Source: the human T2T-CHM13v2.0 reference genome, Homo sapiens. Taken from it: a stretch of 64,000 bases of DNA. This document shows positions 51,311 to 64,000 of this stretch, in pieces. A program made the translations under genes and the position numbers. Position 1 is the first letter of the stretch; each line of letters opens with the position of its first letter. The notes below the pieces were generated by a model. That model worked only from the letters and a program-made list of their open reading frames with translations. It was not told where the DNA came from and made no database searches. The stretch lies in the NCBI RefSeq assembly GCF_009914755.1, contig NC_060927.1. One strand, given 5' to 3'.

Positions 51311-51638
51311 GAGTTTTCTTGCTAAAAATAAAACCATACAATTTTTGGACTGAAAAGGACTTTAGAGCTTATTTGTCTATCAGTTTCAAGCTAGTGGCCT
51401 GTGGGCTAGACCCAGCCCAAAGGTGTGTTTTCTTTGGTTTGGTCCCATGATGTGTCTTATCTGTTCTTATCTCTTTCAACCTTTATCTGAAACATGCACT
51501 ACCTAATTTGTAGTTTGTACTCCTGATGTATTCATTGAGCTTCGTGAAATGGCCAGGTAGAGCTAGAGACAAGAAGAACCCTTTACCAAATAAATTTAGC
51601 AGTTCTGACCAAAGGAAACCGGTTATTGGGTGTTTTGG

Positions 51639-51940
51639 GGCCATGTGTGGTGGCTCACACCTGCAGGCAGTTTTGGAGGCCAAGGTGGGAGGATTGCTTG
51701 AGCCCAGGAGTTCAAGGCCAGCCTGGGCAACAAAGTGAGACAAAAATTATTCGGGAATGGTGGCGAATGCCTGTACTCCCAACTATTCTAGAGGCTGAGA
51801 TGGGAGAATCACTTGAGCCTAGGAGGCTTAAGGCTGCAGTGAGCACCAAGATCATGCCACTGGACTCCAGCCTGGGTGACAGAGTGAGACCATGTCTCTA
51901 AAAAAAAAAAAAGAAAGAAAGAAAAAAGAAAAAGAAAAAG
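51639..51940 (+). mobile_element. AluJ
   Basis: ggaggattgcttgagcccaggag, aggctgcagtgagc; TSD-like gttat[t/a]gggtgtttt at 51622-51636 and 51943-51957. Confidence 0.92.
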
Positions 51941-52587
51941 CTGTTATAGGGTGTTTTTCATCTGATCCCAGTCACATTTCAAAAGCCATCTTTAAAAAAA
52001 AAAATCATGAATCCTGTATAACTGTGGTCCATGAGAACTCCTAATTCAAGAACGTGCATTTCAACCCAGCATCATCTTAAAAGCCAGAGGATTCAAGTCT
52101 TAGAAATTGACCATATGTCTTTTGAACAGACCTCTGGTCATTCTTTGTGGATAATGCATTTTTTTAAACAGTATAATGCACAGATTCCCCATGCCAGTTT
52201 GTAATTATGCCAGTTAATACCAGCAAGTTCTCATTTCCCATGAAAGAGCTATCATTCTCCACACAAATTTCCCATGTTTATGAAGACGTAAAGCATGAAG
52301 AATTAGCATAAATATAATGAAATACTTTTTCTTTTGGTTGCCTCCTTTCCTGAGTCCTTGCCACACCTTGTCCTCTTCCTGTTCTTAAATAAGCCACAGA
52401 CTAATTGGCCAGAATTTGTACATATCCCTTCATTTCAGAGCACAAAGTTCTTTGAAGGGGGGCAGAATAATAGTTCACGTTTTTAAACTGAAGGCATATT
52501 CTTAATGATTTTTCCATGGTCAGGGATTGAAAGCCCACAACTTAGTTACCCATGTGGAGCAAAGTGAAAAAAAAAAAAGTTTTATAT

Positions 52588-52797
52588 CAGGTTTCTCAGT
52601 TTAGGCACCGTTATTATTTTGGGTCAGCCTACCCTTTGTTGTGAGGTCCTGTGCATTGTAGGATGTTTAACCCCATTTCTATTTTCTATCCATTAGTTGC
52701 CAGCAGGATCAACACCCAGTCATGACAACCAAAAATATCTCTAGTCATTGCCTAATGCCCCCTGGGGGGCAACATCTCCCTGGATTGAAAATCACTG
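52588..52797 (-). mobile_element. MER20 hAT-Charlie MITE
   Basis: tcctgtgcattgtaggatgttta...gacaaccaaaaatatctc...cccctggggggc...gaaaatcactg; 8-bp TSD ttttatat/ctttatat. Confidence 0.88.
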
Positions 52798-53545
52798 CTT
52801 TATATCAACCTTAATTTTGCTTTTGAACTTGTTGCTCCAAACTCTGTAGACAGCACAGTGGATAGAAATGAAAAATTCAACTGTAAGTGAATTAAAGTAA
52901 TAAAATCAGACATGTTCCTTTTCTTAATTAAAAGTTTAAGAGCATTAAAATAAACTTTAAAAGTTGTAAGTAGATGAGAAAATTTATTAGAAGGTTCTCT
53001 AAATATTCAGAGGAGCCAAAAGGAAAAAGGGAGGGTAAAGAGAATATTTTGGAATTTGGAAATGGTGTCCCTCTCTAAAGAAATTAATGGCTTTTTTAAA
53101 TGTTACTTTGCAATATGGGGCATGTGAGTAATAGCATGCATTTTCTTCCTTGCCTAGAGTAATTACAGGAGAACATCGAAACATTAAATCTAGAAAAAGT
53201 TTCAAAGCTTCATGTAGGAACTGGTAACTAATAAGATGCAAAAAAGAAAACATAAAAGTGACAAAAGATTGTATATTTTTTTAAAAATAAAATAATTTTG
53301 GGGATAAGCAAAAAATTAATCTCCAAATTCTTGTGGCTATTAAAGGGAAGACACAGACGGAATTAACTTAGGTTCTCATTTGCTGTGTTTCATCATGTTT
53401 TAATGAATAGTAGTTGTATTTTGAACATATATTATAATTTTTATATAATAGTTGTCTATACATGTAGGCTAGAGTGGTATTAAAATGAATGATTATGAAA
53501 TCAAGATACTACCTCATTGACACAATCATAGAAAACACCTTGTCT

Positions 53546-53735
53546 AGCAGTTCTTAACCCTGGTTGTGGATTTCAAATGCCTGAAGAGCTTTTTAATGAT
53601 ACAGGTTTGAAAAATACAGATGTCCAGACTCTACTGACAATTCTGATTTAACTGGTCTCGGGGAGGCTGCAGCACTATTATTTTTTAAATAGTTGTCAGG
53701 TGATGCTAACATGCACCCAAGTTAAGAACCACTGG
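53546..53735. mobile_element. MER5-like MITE
   Basis: gttcttaaccctgg...aaaatacagatg...attctgatttaactggtct...caggtgatgctaa...ttaagaaccactg. Confidence 0.75.
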
Positions 53736-53745
53736 TCTCATCCAT

Positions 53746-54017
53746 GGGTTGCAAACCTAAATGGTTACAGGGAGCAGGAAATTAATGCAAATTAATTAGG
53801 TGATCTTTGTATAAGAACTTTTGGAGACTGTGGTGAACTGGAGAGTAGATGCCCTGTTTAAAAGCTTTCTGCTGCTCAGTTATAGCCATATGGAAATGCT
53901 CTCCTGAGTTTTGTTAGAAACCAGGCATATAGGTATTTTAGAGAAATTTCTCAATTTTGGGGGAATTTCTCCAATTTCCAAATAAACCACATCGGTAGTC
54001 GGCCAGTTTGCAATCCT
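53746..54017. mobile_element. MER102-like element
   Basis: gggttgcaaac...gactgtggtgaactggagag...gccagtttgcaatcc with TIR-like ends. Confidence 0.65.
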
Positions 54018-54029
54018 AAAGTCAGGCCA

Positions 54030-54410
54030 ACTTATCTATTTCACCAATGAAGGAACTGAGAACCAGAAATTACACAACTGTCCATGATGATGTACTTAGT
54101 GGCAAAATAGAGATTGGACCCACAGCCTCTCTCTCATTATGGTGTTTTGGCTTTTTTCTTCAACTATCGCACGTTGCTGTGCTACAACTGTTCATGTTAA
54201 TAAAAATGTCTTTTGGGCACTGCCAGTTTGCTAAGTGAAACACACATGTCATCTGTTTTAAACCTCTCAGGGAATTTGTGGACTAGCCACCAATATCCAC
54301 ATTTTACAAATGAGGAAAATGAGGTTAAGAGACATTGACCCACAGTGGTCCAGTGGAGCACAGCACTGAATTAAAGTTTACCAGATGGCAAAGCTTGTGC
54401 TGTTAACTCT
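54030..54410 (-). mobile_element. Two MIR fragments
   Basis: aatgaaggaactgag; cattttacaaatgaggaaaatgaggttaagaga. Confidence 0.6.
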
Positions 54411-55929
54411 TTGTTCCCTGTTCTCCTGGAAGTTTCTTTCCATATTGTGTGAGGAGTCTCTCTTGATTCCATTTGGAAGATATATACATAGCCCTAATTT
54501 TTGAGGCACAACTCAAGATCCAGCCACATGATAGTCCTCCTGTACTGTACTCATCTGTGGTATTTATGATTGAAGTTGACCCTGCTTGAGGCCTGAGGTC
54601 AGCTCTTCACCAGGTCTGCTGGAAGCCCAGGAGAAATGACAGTCCTAATGAAATGCATTCTGAGTAAGACCCTGACAGTCTTGCTATGGCCATGCACATT
54701 TGGCATTTTCAGAAGAGATGGATTAATTTAAAAGTAAACATTGGCTTCCTTGTCTCTCCCTGGATTCTCAGCCTGTGCACAAACACACCATGAAGACAGG
54801 TCTGCTTTGCAATGGAAAATAATGTGTTTACGAAAAATGAGGAAAAAAGATGAAAAAGGATTACCATTAAAAGCTCATCAGAATCAATGCATATTTTTGC
54901 ATAACTGACTGGGCATTTACTTTCTCTTCTTTCTGACCTCAAGCCAACATTATTCCAAGGACTGACAATCCCCAAATGTACAAATATCCTTTAGATTTTC
55001 ACAAAATTTGGGAGGAGAATCTGAAAAATTCCTAAGCATGAGTGTTCGAATTATAAACAGAAACTGAGAGTTCATTTGTTTGCTATCTAGACCCTGCTCT
55101 GCAGAGCACTTTGCTAAGGGCTAAGAAGTTGACACTTCAGGGCATCACGTGACCGGATCCCAAGGAACTTACTGTGAATTGGAAAGGCAGTATATATTGA
55201 ATGATAAAGCAATAGTCATCACAATTGTTGCTGTGAATTCAGAATTGCTATTGTTTAAGTGTTGTTTTTATTTTATCAGAAATCTAGTATAGTTATAGAA
55301 AAGATTAGGAAATAGGGATAAAAAGCCAGAAAATTCTCCATCTGTCGTCTGTCTACTTCCAGAAATACCTACCATTATCATTTGGGCATGCCCTTTCTAT
55401 CTTTTTTACACACATGTAAGAGACTTTCTTTCTTTTTTTAACCCAAGTGGGGTCCTACAGTGAATGGTGTTTTATAACTTGCCTTGTTTTCCCATTAGCA
55501 TGGTGTAAAGAATTGTAAAGGAGCAGCAGAGGAGCTCCAGCTGCTTCCTTGCCTGAGGCTAGATCACAGGGAGAAAGCTGAGCAGTAGCCACTTTGGGTT
55601 AGAGTTGTATGTATTCAAAGTACACATGTGCATGGGGATGAAAGTAGAGCTGTGGTTATGGGGCAGGGAGCCTGGCCCTGGAGATGACAGAATGGAGCAG
55701 TAACCATCAAATTACCGCCTCCTTGCTTGGACTAAACTTACCATTATACCTTGGAATACAAATTCCAATTCAATCAATAACTGACATCTAAGTTGACAAA
55801 CAGTAGCCAATCTGACTACTATTTACCTTTATGTTAATTATCATAGACATTTCTTAGGTAAACAGTTATGTGGTGACTTCCTTCAGTGTGTTGATCATTT
55901 ACAGATGTATCCACCCATTCGCCCATCCA

Positions 55930-56190
55930 TCCCCATGTTCAACAGTCACTTACTGAGCATTCATAATATGGCAGGCACTGGGGAGATTACAGAGAACAAG
56001 AGGTGGTCCTTGGTCTTAAGAAGCCTGTATCCCACTATGAGAGAGAGACAAGGCAGCAATGATATGAAATGATTGGAGTCATTTTAGAAGAGGAACTGGC
56101 TGCTATGGGAGAACAAAGGCAGGAAGCTAAAACAGACTTACGAATCTGGGAAGCCTTCATGGGAGAAGAAAAGATACCAAAGTGTGATTA
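55930..56190 (-). mobile_element. L2 3' fragment
   Basis: ttcaacagtcacttactgagcatt...tatggcaggcactg...ggtccttggtcttaagaagc. Confidence 0.6.
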
Positions 56191-56249
56191 AAAGGGATTT
56201 TATCAATGATTTTTTTGTTCAGACATACAAAATATTTTAAAGGGACACT

Positions 56250-56395
56250 AGTGTAGTGGTTAGAAGCAAGGACTTCAGGATCAGATGCAAATTCAGATCA
56301 TGTGCTTGAATAGGTGAAATCTCACATCTTTACTGAATCATGCCTCTAAGTTTATTTTGCAAATTTGTAATAGGACATTATCCTTGTCCTCCATC
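56250..56395 (+). mobile_element. MIR
   Basis: gtgtagtggttagaagcaaggactt head. Confidence 0.5.
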
Positions 56396-56554
56396 AGACT
56401 GAGGTGGTCTGAAGTATGCTCTGTGTATAATTTCCCTTCAGTTCCTTTTTACTGTCATTGTCCCAGCATACTCAATATTGACTCTAGCTTCAGGTTCCTG
56501 GGCTGTCTCATTGTGCTTGCTCTGGACACAACTTCAATGCACTTGCTGTAATCT

Positions 56555-56807
<253 letters not shown>

Positions 56808-57089
56808 TGATGGAGTTTCTCATTTTCACCCAGGCTGGAGTGAAGTGGCATGATCTTGGCTCACTACAACCTCCACCCCCCTGGGTTCAAGCGATTCTCC
56901 TGCTTCAGCCTCCTGAGTAGCTGGGATTATAGGCGCCGGCCACCATGCCTGGCTAATTTTTGTATTTTTAGTAGAGACAGGGTTTTGTCATGTTGGCCAG
57001 GCTGGTCTTGAACTCCTGACCTCAGGTGATCCACCCGCCTCGGCCTCCCAAAATGCTAGGATTACAGGCATGAACCACCGTGAATGGCC
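56808..57089 (-). mobile_element. AluS (Sq/Sx-like)
   Basis: Dimeric Alu with ctcaggtgatccacccgcc; TSD-like tgtaat at 56547 and 57090. Confidence 0.93.
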
Positions 57090-57980
57090 TGTAATTTCTT
57101 TTCAATACTACACTGCCTGCTGTAGTCACTAAATGAATATGCATGGACAGATAGGTGGTTGGAAAAAATAGAGTTGAAAGTAAGGACATCCTATGTCAGT
57201 CTCTTGAACCGAATAGCTTTAGAGCTGCATTTCTCCCTTAAAAATGATTCCTTGATATTCCATCTTTACCATTCATTACTGCTTCATCACTCATGAAATG
57301 GCATCTCCCCAAAGGCAGACTCTTGATATTTTTCTTGCCTGCTCCTGGAGAAGTTAAATAATGCAAACTTGTTCTAGTGAAAAGCTTCTGAATATCTTAA
57401 CAGACCATGGAAATATTTTCTTCCTAACATACTCCCGATTTTATAATTTTCAGTCACGGAAGAGGTATCAGATCACTGGTCCTAAAATTCTCTTTCTTGA
57501 CTACTTTGTGGATAAGTCTCTTAAAAATCTCTGATTAAAACATGCATGCAGAAGCATAGAACAAAAAGGAAAAAGAAGGAGGACAAAGGGGGAGAAACCT
57601 AATAAGGTAGCTGTGATTCACAGAGAAAAGCCAAAGACTTAGAACTGTAGGAGTTTCTTTGTTTTTTGAAAGTTGGCCTAGAGTTCAAACTGATGTACAT
57701 CAGAGACGTTGTGGAAGGGAGAAGGAGATGAACCTTGCCTTACTACAATGGTGGGTTTCACTGCAGTGATCTCAAAAATCTCTGTTTCTGAGGGAAATTC
57801 AGTACACAGGATAATCTATGAATTAAGCACAGAAAGTTCAAGTACCTTGAACAAGGTACGTGAACAGGAATTTAATATATAAGTAGTCTGACTCTAGAGT
57901 CTGTGTTTTCAATATAAATTGATTGAATGGATCAATGTGCTAAGTGTTTTAAATACATTATTTTATTTATTATTGAGAGA

Positions 57981-58393
57981 CGTCTTAGTCCATTTGGACT
58001 GCTCTGACAAATTACTATAAACTAGATGGCTTATAAACAAGAGAAACCTATTTCCAACCATTCTGGTGTCTGGGAAGTCCTAGATCAAGGTATCAGCAGA
58101 TTTGGTGTCTGGTGGGGGCCCACTTCCTGCCTTATAGAGGGCACTCTCTTACTGTGTCCTCATATAGGAGAAAGTGTCAGGCAGCTCTTTGGGGCCTCCT
58201 TTAAAGGGTGCTAATCCCTTTCCTGATCTAATTGCATCCCACAGGCCCACCTCCTAATACCATCACATCAATGATTAGGTTTCTTTTCTTTTCCCTAAAA
58301 AACAAAAAACAGATGTCCCTCCTTCTGAATAATGATTAGGTATCAACATGTGAATTTGATGGGGGTGGGGACACAAACTTTCAGACCATAGCA
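57981..58393 (-). mobile_element. MLT1A0-like solo LTR inserted in a MIR
   Basis: gtcttagtccatttggactgct...gatcaaggtatcagcagatttggtgtctggtg...ctaataccatcac...tcagaccatagca; MIR core gatgagaaaactaag follows. Confidence 0.85.
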
Positions 58394-58660
58394 AGGGGAT
58401 AGTAGTGTTTTCAGATTTGTCGATGAGAAAACTAAGACTTAAAGAGATTAATTACTCAAGGACACAAGGCTAGTAAGAGACAGAACCAATATTTAAAATG
58501 TAAATCTGAAGTTATAGCATTCAAATTTCATCTGAGAGCTTTCAGGTATGATTTATAAAAATAAAATAATAGCTACCATTTCTAGAGCTTGTGTTTAAGC
58601 TTTATCATGTAATCCTTACTGTACAATTTTTTTTTCCCATTTTAAAGTTGAATACATTGA

Positions 58661-59089
<429 letters not shown>

Positions 59090-59285
59090 TAAGCTTGGGG
59101 CTTATACTCTAATTCCTAAGCATCAGTAACACAGCTGTGGAACTATGAAAGTTAACAGAAGGTAGAATTCAGCTGCCCCTGCTCACAAGCATCTTTAGAA
59201 GTTAAACTAGAAGAGACTTTTAGAGGAACTTCAACAGATCTGGTTTCTTTCTTTCTTTCCTTTTTTTTCAGCTTTTTATTTGGAT

Positions 59286-59581
59286 TTTTTTTTTTTTTTT
59301 GAGGCAGAGTCTCGCTCTGTCACCCAGGCTGGAGTGCAGTGGTGCGATCTCGCTCATTGTAACCTCTGCCCCCCAGGTTCAAGCAATTCTCCTGCCTCAG
59401 CCTCCCAAGTAGCTGGGATTACAGTCGCGCACCACCACGCCCAGCTACTTTTTGTATTTTTAGTAGAGATGAGGTTTCACCATGTTGGCCAGGCTGGTCT
59501 TGAACTCCTGACCTCAGATGATCTGCCCACCTCGGCCTCCCAAAGTGCTGGGATTACAGGTGTGAGCCACTGTGCCTGGCC
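59286..59581 (-). mobile_element. AluSx-like
   Basis: TSD ttatttggat at 59276-59285 and 59582-59591. Confidence 0.95.
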
Positions 59582-59710
59582 TTATTTGGATACTTTGATA
59601 TACAAGCTTAGCTGGGGATGTTTGCCAAGAGCCTTAGCTGGGAATAAGAGAAGTTAAAAGTCTTCCTGAAAGGGACACAGTGAAGCTTGAAAACCGAATT
59701 TTAAGAATTA

Positions 59711-60011
<301 letters not shown>

Positions 60012-60064
60012 AAGAATTATATCCAGCAGGCACTTCAGGGAGACTGAAGTATGCCAACCTACAT

Positions 60065-60710
60065 CAACTGAAATGACAACATCTGGACCTTCAAAATCTC
60101 AAGGGCCATCAGAATAGGCTGCTGATTAAGCCAAACCATGTGTAGTAGGCCTGTTGCCAATAAGGGAAACCCCCAACATGGCAGAGTCTTTGTAGTGTTT
60201 TAAAACAGGAAAGACAGGGAAGAGATGGAGGGTTTGAATGCTTTTAAGCTGAGTCTTGCAAGTTAGAGAATGGTTGGGATTGGGCATATTTTTTGACATA
60301 TTAGCTTTCATTGGAGGACTCAGAAAGAAGAAGGTTTTATATTGAGTCTTTTTTAAAAATTTACTTATTTATTTAATAGATAGGGTCTCACTTTGTTGCC
60401 CAGGCTGGCCTCAAACTCTCAGGCTGAATCGATCCTCCTGCCTCAGCCTCCCGAGTAGCTGGGACTACAGGTGTAAGCCACAGCACCTGGCTTTGAATAA
60501 GTCTTAATGAGCAAGTCATGCATCTTGATAAGTAAGCTATTTTAATTTGTAGGCAGTCCTAGCTTCCAGGAATAAGTATTTCCTTCCAGAAACAGGCAGC
60601 TATTTATTTTGCTTGTTCTCAATATTGTTTAATACACACATGAGAAAATATGCCTGGTCCCAGAATTGTTTCACCAGGGGCAGGAAATTAGTTTGGTGTC
60701 AGTTCTCAGA
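60065..60710 (-). mobile_element. Possible old ERV1-type LTR interrupted by a FLAM
   Basis: General LTR-like character ending tcagttctca; family not identified. Confidence 0.3.
60349..60492 (-). mobile_element. FLAM_A-like Alu monomer
   Basis: gggtctcactttgttgcccaggctgg...gatcctcctgcctcagcctcccgagtagctgggactacagg. Confidence 0.85.
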
Positions 60711-61050
60711 CAAAATGTATCAGCAATATTCAAAAGTAGGCCAAAGGACTCTTGCTTACAATGGCCCTGTAGGGAGAACTGAGACTTATACATACATAAG
60801 CAAGAGGGCTTCCTTCAATAATTAACTGATAATTAGGCAAGTCCCAATTTATCTTTTCTTTTCTCAAGGACTCTGATCAGAAATAACATCTCTCTAGATA
60901 GTCAGAAGAGGTTTTCCTTTTTCTCTGCCCAGTGTAAGCAGCTGTAAGCTTAAAGAGATTGGTCGCATAAGAATTAGTCAAGGAACCTTTGAAACATGCA
61001 AAATATGGACCCCACCTGGGTAATGTTGTGGGTAGGACCCAAGACTCCAC

Positions 61051-61390
<340 letters not shown>

Positions 61391-61803
61391 TCACCATTAT
61401 CAAATGATACTCCTGTAGAGGTCTCATGACTGAACTTTGAGAAGCTCTAGTAACTTTGAGTTGTCTTGGTTATTGTAGTATCTATAACTGCCAGTTGCAA
61501 TTGGTGGGTGTTGTCTGCTTTCTCTGGAGTTTCCCATTGGTTCATTGATGTCCTGGGCCTTTTAACATGGCTGTGTTATAAGGAATTAATTGGATTGACC
61601 TTTATTCTCTGGTAGATAATATAAGAGAACAGTGTCCTAGAATCTACTAGATTTGCTTAAAAAGACAATTCATTGTGTTCATTAAGTTAATTCTCTTACT
61701 CCTCATTGTTAGCTCCTGATGGTTCAGTGGAAGATTATCATACTTAGGATTCACATTAAAGGGAATTTTTTTAATGTGCATATTTGACAAATTCAGTCTT
61801 CTC

Positions 61804-62787
61804 TTTTATTTGTATTTTTATTTATTTATTTATTTATTTTTTAGACAGTGCAACCACCCAAGGGGTTTACCTTGCCCACCGCCTAGACAGAACTGATTCA
61901 TCAGGACAGGAGCATTGCAATAGAGAAAGTAATTCACGCAGAGCCGGCTGTGTGGGAGACTGGAGTTTTATTGTTACTCAAATCAGCCTCCGGAGCATTG
62001 GGGAGCAGAGTTTTTAAGGACAACTTGGTGGGTAGCGGGAAGCCAGTGAGCCAGGAGTGCTGATTGGTCAGCGGTGAAATCAGAGTAGAAGCTGTCTTCT
62101 TGCGCCGAGTCAGTTCCTGGGTGGGGGCCACAAGATCAGATGAGCCAGTTTACCGATCTTGGTGGTACCAGCTGATCAATCAAGTACAGGGTCTGCAAAA
62201 TATCTCAAGCACTGATCTCAGCAGCAGTTTAGGGAGGGTCAGAATCTTGCAGCCTCCAGCTGCGTCACTCCTAAACCATAATTTCTAATCCTGTGGATAA
62301 TGTTAGTCTAGTCCCCAGGCAAGAAGGAGATATGCTTTGGGAAAGGGCTGTTACCGTCCTTGTTTAAACTATAAACTACAAACTAAGTTTCTCCCAAAGT
62401 TAGCTCAGCCTGTGCCCAGGAGTGAATAGACAGCTTGGAGGTTAGAAGCAAGGTGGAGTCAGTTAGATCTCTTTCACTGTCTCAGTCATAATTTTGCAAA
62501 GGCAGTTTCAACAGTCTTGTTCTGTCACCCAGGCTGGAGTACAATGGTGTGGTCAAGGCTTACTTCAGCCTCGACCTCCAGGGCTTAGTTGATCCTCCCA
62601 CTTCTGCCTCCCAAGTAGCTGGAACTACTGGCATGCACCATCACTCTCAGCTAATTTATGTATTTTTTCTAGAGATGGGGTTTTGCCATGTTGCCCAGGC
62701 TGGTCTCAAACTTTTGAGCTCAAGCCATCTGCCCTCCTTGGCCTCCCAAAATGTTGGGATTACAGGCGTGAGCCACCAGGCCTTGTC
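61804..62787 (-). mobile_element. AluJ split by LTR8 (tail 61804-61848, body 62511-62787)
   Basis: (TTTA)n tail plus agacag, resuming acagtcttgttctgtcacccaggctgg. Confidence 0.9.
61849..62510 (-). mobile_element. LTR8-like ERV1 solo LTR
   Basis: Reverse strand starts tgaaactgcctttgcaaaattatgactgagacagtgaaagagatcta; perfect 4-bp TSD acag at 61845-61848 and 62511-62514. Confidence 0.9.
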
Positions 62788-63244
62788 TCCTTTCTTTTTT
62801 TTATAACTATTTGTTTATGAGTTATTTTTAAAAGATGATGCTACAGAGAGATATACAGATGCATGTAAGAGACACCTAAAATTTGACCTTTTACAGATCC
62901 TAACATTTGGGTTAAGACTTTAAGAATTTTTTCTCTGCAAACACAATGCTTTTATATTTTTATGAAACTGGAATTATATAAGTATTAATATAATACTTTT
63001 TTCTTAAAAAGCTTACTATGCCATGTACATTGTTTATATTAATAAACTTAGTTGAATACTTAAGTAGTTTCCTTTTTTTTTTATTATTATGGTGAAAATG
63101 CTCCAGGGAACATTCTGGAACACTAGTTTCCATAATTGCTTGTGTTAAATAACTAGGTAGAATTACTGGGTCACCCTTAAGATTTAGACACATAGTATCA
63201 GATTGTCCTTAGGGAAGGCTTACAATTGTGTTTTCCACACCCTC

Positions 63245-63886
<642 letters not shown>

Positions 63887-64000
63887 TGACCCATTTTTAA
63901 CAGGAGATATTATCTTTCCTATTCTCCGTCATAGAGAGCCATATTCCAGTTGAATAGCAACATAAAATACAGTCATATGAGGACAGCATAGCCAATTAGT

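Overview
Primate genomic DNA, most likely human or another ape (it carries Alu J/S elements, an L1PA2/3-like fragment and THE1 elements). The window is AT-rich, has no CpG island, and I can support no protein-coding exon, RNA gene or CRISPR array. Nearly all long ORFs in the track come from retroelements (MaLR internal ORF, L1 ORF2, Alu) or microsatellites. It is a layered transposon landscape. The first 23 kb is MaLR-rich: a complete THE1A provirus, a THE1D-like provirus missing its 5' LTR, three solo THE1 LTRs and several MLT1/MLT2 LTRs. A near-full-length L1MA sits inside an older L1, there are 5'-truncated L1PA insertions with TSDs, and the last 8 kb is Alu-dense. I found no convincing new biological system. 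The most unusual observations are: a candidate NF-kB/Oct/ETS-IRF enhancer just downstream of the THE1A 3' LTR; an LTR-less provirus that keeps both TSD copies; two ~90%-identical non-tandem local duplications of 105-143 bp; a complex templated scar with a perfect 28-bp palindrome in the L1MA; a 47-bp orphan insert with a TSD; and a perfect 29-bp VNTR in an old LTR. Subfamily names are recalled from consensus sequences by eye, not from a RepeatMasker run, and boundaries of old MIR/L2/L1M copies are approximate.
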